Shown: positions 60,838-64,000 of the stretch, one piece after another
Layout: each line of letters opens with the position of its first letter
Position numbering within the stretch: the stretch's first letter is position 1
Assembly (NCBI GenBank): GCA_031291845.1
Contig: JARLIH010000138.1
Span: 1-64,000, forward strand
DNA length: 64,000 bases
From: Isosphaeraceae bacterium
GTDB taxonomy: Bacteria; Planctomycetota; Planctomycetia; Isosphaerales; Isosphaeraceae
Direction: 5' to 3'
Notes under the pieces: model-generated
Told to the model about the DNA's origin: nothing
What the model saw: only the letters and a program-made list of their open reading frames with translations
Database searches by the model: none
Translations under genes and position numbers: made by a program

Positions 60838-62211
60838 ATGAAAACCATCATCGAGCCCTTCAAGATCAAGATGGTCGAGCCGATCAAGCTGACCTCCCCC
60901 GCCGAACGCGAGACCGTCTTGCGCCAGGCCGGGTTTAACGTGTTCCAGATACCGGCCGAACAGGTCATCATTGACCTGCTCACCGACAGCGGGACGTCGG
61001 CGATGTCGGCCGAGCAATGGGCCGGGATGCTGCGGGGCGACGAGTCGTACGCCGGGGCGAGAAGCTGGTACCGGTTCGAGGCGGTGCTCCGCGAGCTCAC
61101 CGGCATGCCGCACGTCCTGCCTACGCACCAGGGAAGGGCGAGCGAGCGCATCTTGTTCGAGTTGATCGGCGGTCCGGGAAAGGTCATACCCTCCAATAAT
61201 CACTTTGACACTACCCGCGCGAACATCGAACACTCCGGGGCCAGGGCGGTCGACCTGGTCATTGACGAGGGGAAACAGCCAAGGAACCGGCACCCGTTCA
61301 AGGGAAACCTCGACGTCTCCAAACTGGAGTCGCTCATTCAGGCCGTGGGTGCACACAGCATCCCGCTCTGTATGGTGACCGTCACGAACAACAGCGGCGG
61401 CGGTCAGCCGGTCAGCCTGGAAAACCTTCGCGCGGTCCGTGAGGTCTGCCAACGGCATGGAATTCCGCTCTTCCTGGACGCCTGCCGGTTCGCGGAGAAC
61501 GCCTACCTGATCAAGCAGCGGGAAGCGGGGCAGAGGGGACGGACCGCAAGGGCCATCGCCCGCGAAATGTTCGACCTGGCCGACGGCGCGACCATCAGCG
61601 CCAAGAAGGACGGGCTGGTCAACATCGGGGGCGTTCTCCTGATGCGCAATGACGATCTCGCGCGGCGGGCGAACAACCTCCTCATTCTGACCGAGGGGTT
61701 CGTCACGTACGGCGGGCTGGCCGGCCGCGATCTTGAGGCGATGGCCCAGGGCTTTACCGAGGTGCTGGATGAAGCCTACCTAAACTACCGGCTCCGAAGC
61801 GTCGCCTACCTGGGCGAACACGTTCTTGCCGCGGGCGTCCCCATCGTCGAGCCCCCGGGAGGACACGCCATTTACGTCGACGCGGCCGCGTTCTGTCCGC
61901 ATATTCCGCCCGCGCAGTTCCCCGGCCAGGCGCTCGTCTGCGCTCTGTACCGACACGCGGGAATCCGCGCGGTCGAGATCGGCAGCGTGATGTTCGGGCA
62001 GGTCGATCCCGACACGGGTGAGTCGGCCGCTCCCCCCATGGAACTCGTGCGGCTGGCCATTCCGCGCCGGGTGTATACGCAGAGCCACATCGACTACACG
62101 GTTGAAGCCCTGGTCGAAATCTACCAGCGGCGCGACACGCTGCGCGGACTACGGATCGTGAGCGAATCACAGGCGCTGCGGCACTTCACGGCGCAATTTG
62201 AGGAAATCTGA
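60838..62211 (+). CDS. Beta-eliminating lyase family enzyme (tryptophanase / tyrosine phenol-lyase-like, PLP-dependent)
   Basis: MKTIIEPFKIKMVEPIK...TDSGTSAMS...SAKKDGLVNIGG are the N-terminal and PLP-lysine-region hallmarks of TnaA/TPL. The ORF was trimmed to the ATG at 60838. Confidence 0.85.
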   Translation: MKTIIEPFKIKMVEPIKLTSPAERETVLRQAGFNVFQIPAEQVIIDLLTDSGTSAMSAEQWAGMLRGDESYAGARSWYRFEAVLRELTGMPHVLPTHQGRASERILFELIGGPGKVIPSNNHFDTTRANIEHSGARAVDLVIDEGKQPRNRHPFKGNLDVSKLESLIQAVGAHSIPLCMVTVTNNSGGGQPVSLENLRAVREVCQRHGIPLFLDACRFAENAYLIKQREAGQRGRTARAIAREMFDLADGATISAKKDGLVNIGGVLLMRNDDLARRANNLLILTEGFVTYGGLAGRDLEAMAQGFTEVLDEAYLNYRLRSVAYLGEHVLAAGVPIVEPPGGHAIYVDAAAFCPHIPPAQFPGQALVCALYRHAGIRAVEIGSVMFGQVDPDTGESAAPPMELVRLAIPRRVYTQSHIDYTVEALVEIYQRRDTLRGLRIVSESQALRHFTAQFEEI

Positions 62212-62239
62212 AAGGGAAGGAGAGCGATCCGTTCTCAGC

Positions 62240-62265
62240 CGCGAAGGCGCGGCGAGTCCTTCGCG
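62240..62265. terminator. Hairpin CGCGAAGG-N10-CCTTCGCG between the convergent lyase and hmgA genes
   Basis: 8-bp inverted repeat seen in the sequence. It overlaps an alternative GCCGCG-AAGG-CGCGGC hairpin. Confidence 0.35.
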
Positions 62266-62359
62266 CCAGGGCTCGTCCCCCCTTCGTGGCTGAATACCTG
62301 CATCTATCCGGGGCGTGTTCGTAGGCGGCGGGCAGGCGGCAATCTGAGCTATGCCGGGC

Positions 62360-63529
62360 TTACTCAAGCCACGAAAGAGGATAGGCCGGATCCTCCCACT
62401 CATCGGCCTCTCGGGTCAGCTTAAGCGGCCGGAATGTGTCCACCATGACCGCCAGCTCGTCGGTCCTGGTCTGTGCGCGGCTCGCGACGATCGTCCCGGG
62501 ATGAGGTCCATGGGGAAGCCCGTGCGGATGCAGGGTGATCGACGACTCCTCGACGCCTCGGCGGCTCCCGAAGTGCCCCTCGACGTAGTAGAGCACCTCA
62601 TCCGACTCCACGTTCGAGTGCGCATAGGGTACCTTGATCGCTTCCGGATGCGTGTCGAGCAACCGCGGAGCAAACGTGCAAACGACGAAGCCGGGGGCCT
62701 CAAAAGTCTGCTGGACCGGCGGCGGTTGATGGACCGTACCGGTGATGGGCTCGAAATCATCGGCGTTGAAGGTATAGGGATAGACCATGCCGTCCCAGCC
62801 AACGACGTCGAAGGGGTGCTGTGCGAGGACGTACCGCGTAAGGCGCAAACCGTCCTTGATCATGAGCGAAGTCGGTTCTTCGCGATCGATGACCAGCGGC
62901 TCGCTGGGCCCGTGGAGGTCGCGCTCGCTGAACGGGGCTCCGAGCTTGAGCTGGCCATCGGGGTTCAAGTAGCGGGGCGGGATCCCTAGGTGGCCGGTCG
63001 ATTCGATCACCAGCAGTTCGGGATCGGTCTCCGGCGCGAATTCCATGAGATAGGTCGTACAGCGAGGAATCATCACGTAATCATGCGGACGAACTGCAAG
63101 GGCGCCGAACGGGGAGAGCAACCGGCCGTGGCCGCGGTGGATGAAAATCAGCTCATCCGCCGCAGCGTTGCGAAAGAGCATTTCCTGCGGCGCGACCGGA
63201 CGGCAACGGCTCATGACGACGTCGTCATTGACGAGCAACGGTACGCGTCCGCTGACCGGGTCGCCGCCGGACGGCATCCGCCGGGTCTTCACATGGTGGT
63301 GCCGGAGCGCGGGGTCGGTGGCAAATTCCAGTGTGAGCGCCCCCGCCGGCTCGACGCGGGTGACGCGCGTCGGCGGTCGAAGGTGGTACAAGATGCTGTA
63401 AGCGCGGCCGAAGCCCGCCGTGGTGACGACCTCCTCGTAGAAGAGGCCTTCGCCACGAAAGCCGGGCTCGGTCCGGTGAGCGACGTGCCGCTTCGGCGGC
63501 AGGGAGCCGATTCTGAGATACGGCGGCAT
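62360..63529 (-). CDS. hmgA: Homogentisate 1,2-dioxygenase
   Basis: Cupin-type HGD pattern with conserved His residues (EGHFGSRRG...HPHGLPHGPH). The protein is 389 aa. It lies directly downstream of an FAH-family gene. Confidence 0.75.
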   Translation of the reverse strand: MPPYLRIGSLPPKRHVAHRTEPGFRGEGLFYEEVVTTAGFGRAYSILYHLRPPTRVTRVEPAGALTLEFATDPALRHHHVKTRRMPSGGDPVSGRVPLLVNDDVVMSRCRPVAPQEMLFRNAAADELIFIHRGHGRLLSPFGALAVRPHDYVMIPRCTTYLMEFAPETDPELLVIESTGHLGIPPRYLNPDGQLKLGAPFSERDLHGPSEPLVIDREEPTSLMIKDGLRLTRYVLAQHPFDVVGWDGMVYPYTFNADDFEPITGTVHQPPPVQQTFEAPGFVVCTFAPRLLDTHPEAIKVPYAHSNVESDEVLYYVEGHFGSRRGVEESSITLHPHGLPHGPHPGTIVASRAQTRTDELAVMVDTFRPLKLTREADEWEDPAYPLSWLE

Positions 63530-63553
63530 GAGGGCGTCACTCCTTTCCCGCGA

Positions 63554-64000
63554 TCAGCGGGCGACCACGTGGTTCCTGAGCACTCCCAGGCGCTCCACGG
63601 AGAGCTCGACCACATCGCCCGGCTTCAGCCAGCCGCCGACCGCCTCCGGCGTCAGCTCGAGGATGCAGCCGGTCCCCACGGTGCCCGACCCAAGCACATC
63701 GCCCGGCACCAGCCGCGTGTCGCGGCTCGCGTGCGCGATGATCTGCGGCCAGGTCCAGTACATGGTCGAGGCATCCCCGCGCGAGTAAACGCGGCCGTTG
63801 ACCGAGGCCGTCATGTCCAGTTGAAGCCGGCCGCCGACGTAACGGTCTGCAAGCTCGTCCCAAGAAACCAGCTCGGGCCCGAGGGACGTCGCGAAGTCTT
63901 TCCCTTTGGCCGGTCCGAGCCCGACTGCCATCTCCTGACGCTGGAGGTCACGGGCGCTCCAGTCGTTCATGATTGTAAACCCGGCAACGTAGTCGAGGGC
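63554..64000 (-). CDS. Fumarylacetoacetate hydrolase (FAH) family protein, C-terminal part. The gene continues past the window end.
   Basis: NDWSARDLQ and GDVLGSGTVGTGCILE are FAH-fold motifs. The ORF is open at the window end. Confidence 0.7.
   Translation of the reverse strand, partial: ALDYVAGFTIMNDWSARDLQRQEMAVGLGPAKGKDFATSLGPELVSWDELADRYVGGRLQLDMTASVNGRVYSRGDASTMYWTWPQIIAHASRDTRLVPGDVLGSGTVGTGCILELTPEAVGGWLKPGDVVELSVERLGVLRNHVVAR

Noticed and set aside
1-64000. CRISPR arrays, IS elements, integrases and prophage genes
   Set aside because: I found no repeat-spacer periodicity, no transposase or integrase motifs, and no composition shift that would indicate a mobile element.

Overview
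High-GC (about 65-67%) chromosomal segment that looks planctomycete-like. The evidence is a DUF1501 Tat-secreted protein, LpxI-type lipid A genes, many GC-rich antisense ORFs and mostly weak or absent Shine-Dalgarno sites. I support about 55 genes. They include a sufR-sufC-sufB-sufD Fe-S operon, lipid A genes lpxB, lpxD and lpxI, and panC-panD-lgt. There is a complete gcvT-gcvH-gcvPA-gcvPB glycine-cleavage operon, an S18 ribosomal protein gene, tsaD and ctpA. An aromatic amino-acid catabolic island covers 55.9-64 kb. I found no CRISPR array, transposase, integrase or intact tRNA/rRNA gene. The most system-like and unusual locus is a minus-strand operon at 29.1-36.6 kb. It runs from a multi-PAS histidine kinase through a CheY-like receiver, a receiver-kinase hybrid, a receiver protein with an unknown output domain and a hypothetical protein, and ends in an orphan FliM/FliN (SpoA)-domain switch-like protein. 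No flagellar or T3SS genes lie next to it. A convergent membrane-protein ORF reads antisense through this gene for about 1.4 kb with no stop. Other noteworthy loci are an FHA-MoxR pair, an ABC exporter operon carrying a lipoate/biotin-ligase-family gene, a membrane-anchored MutS-domain ATPase, and several perfect hairpins that look like terminators. Many long ORFs in the six-frame track are antisense shadows of real genes and were rejected.
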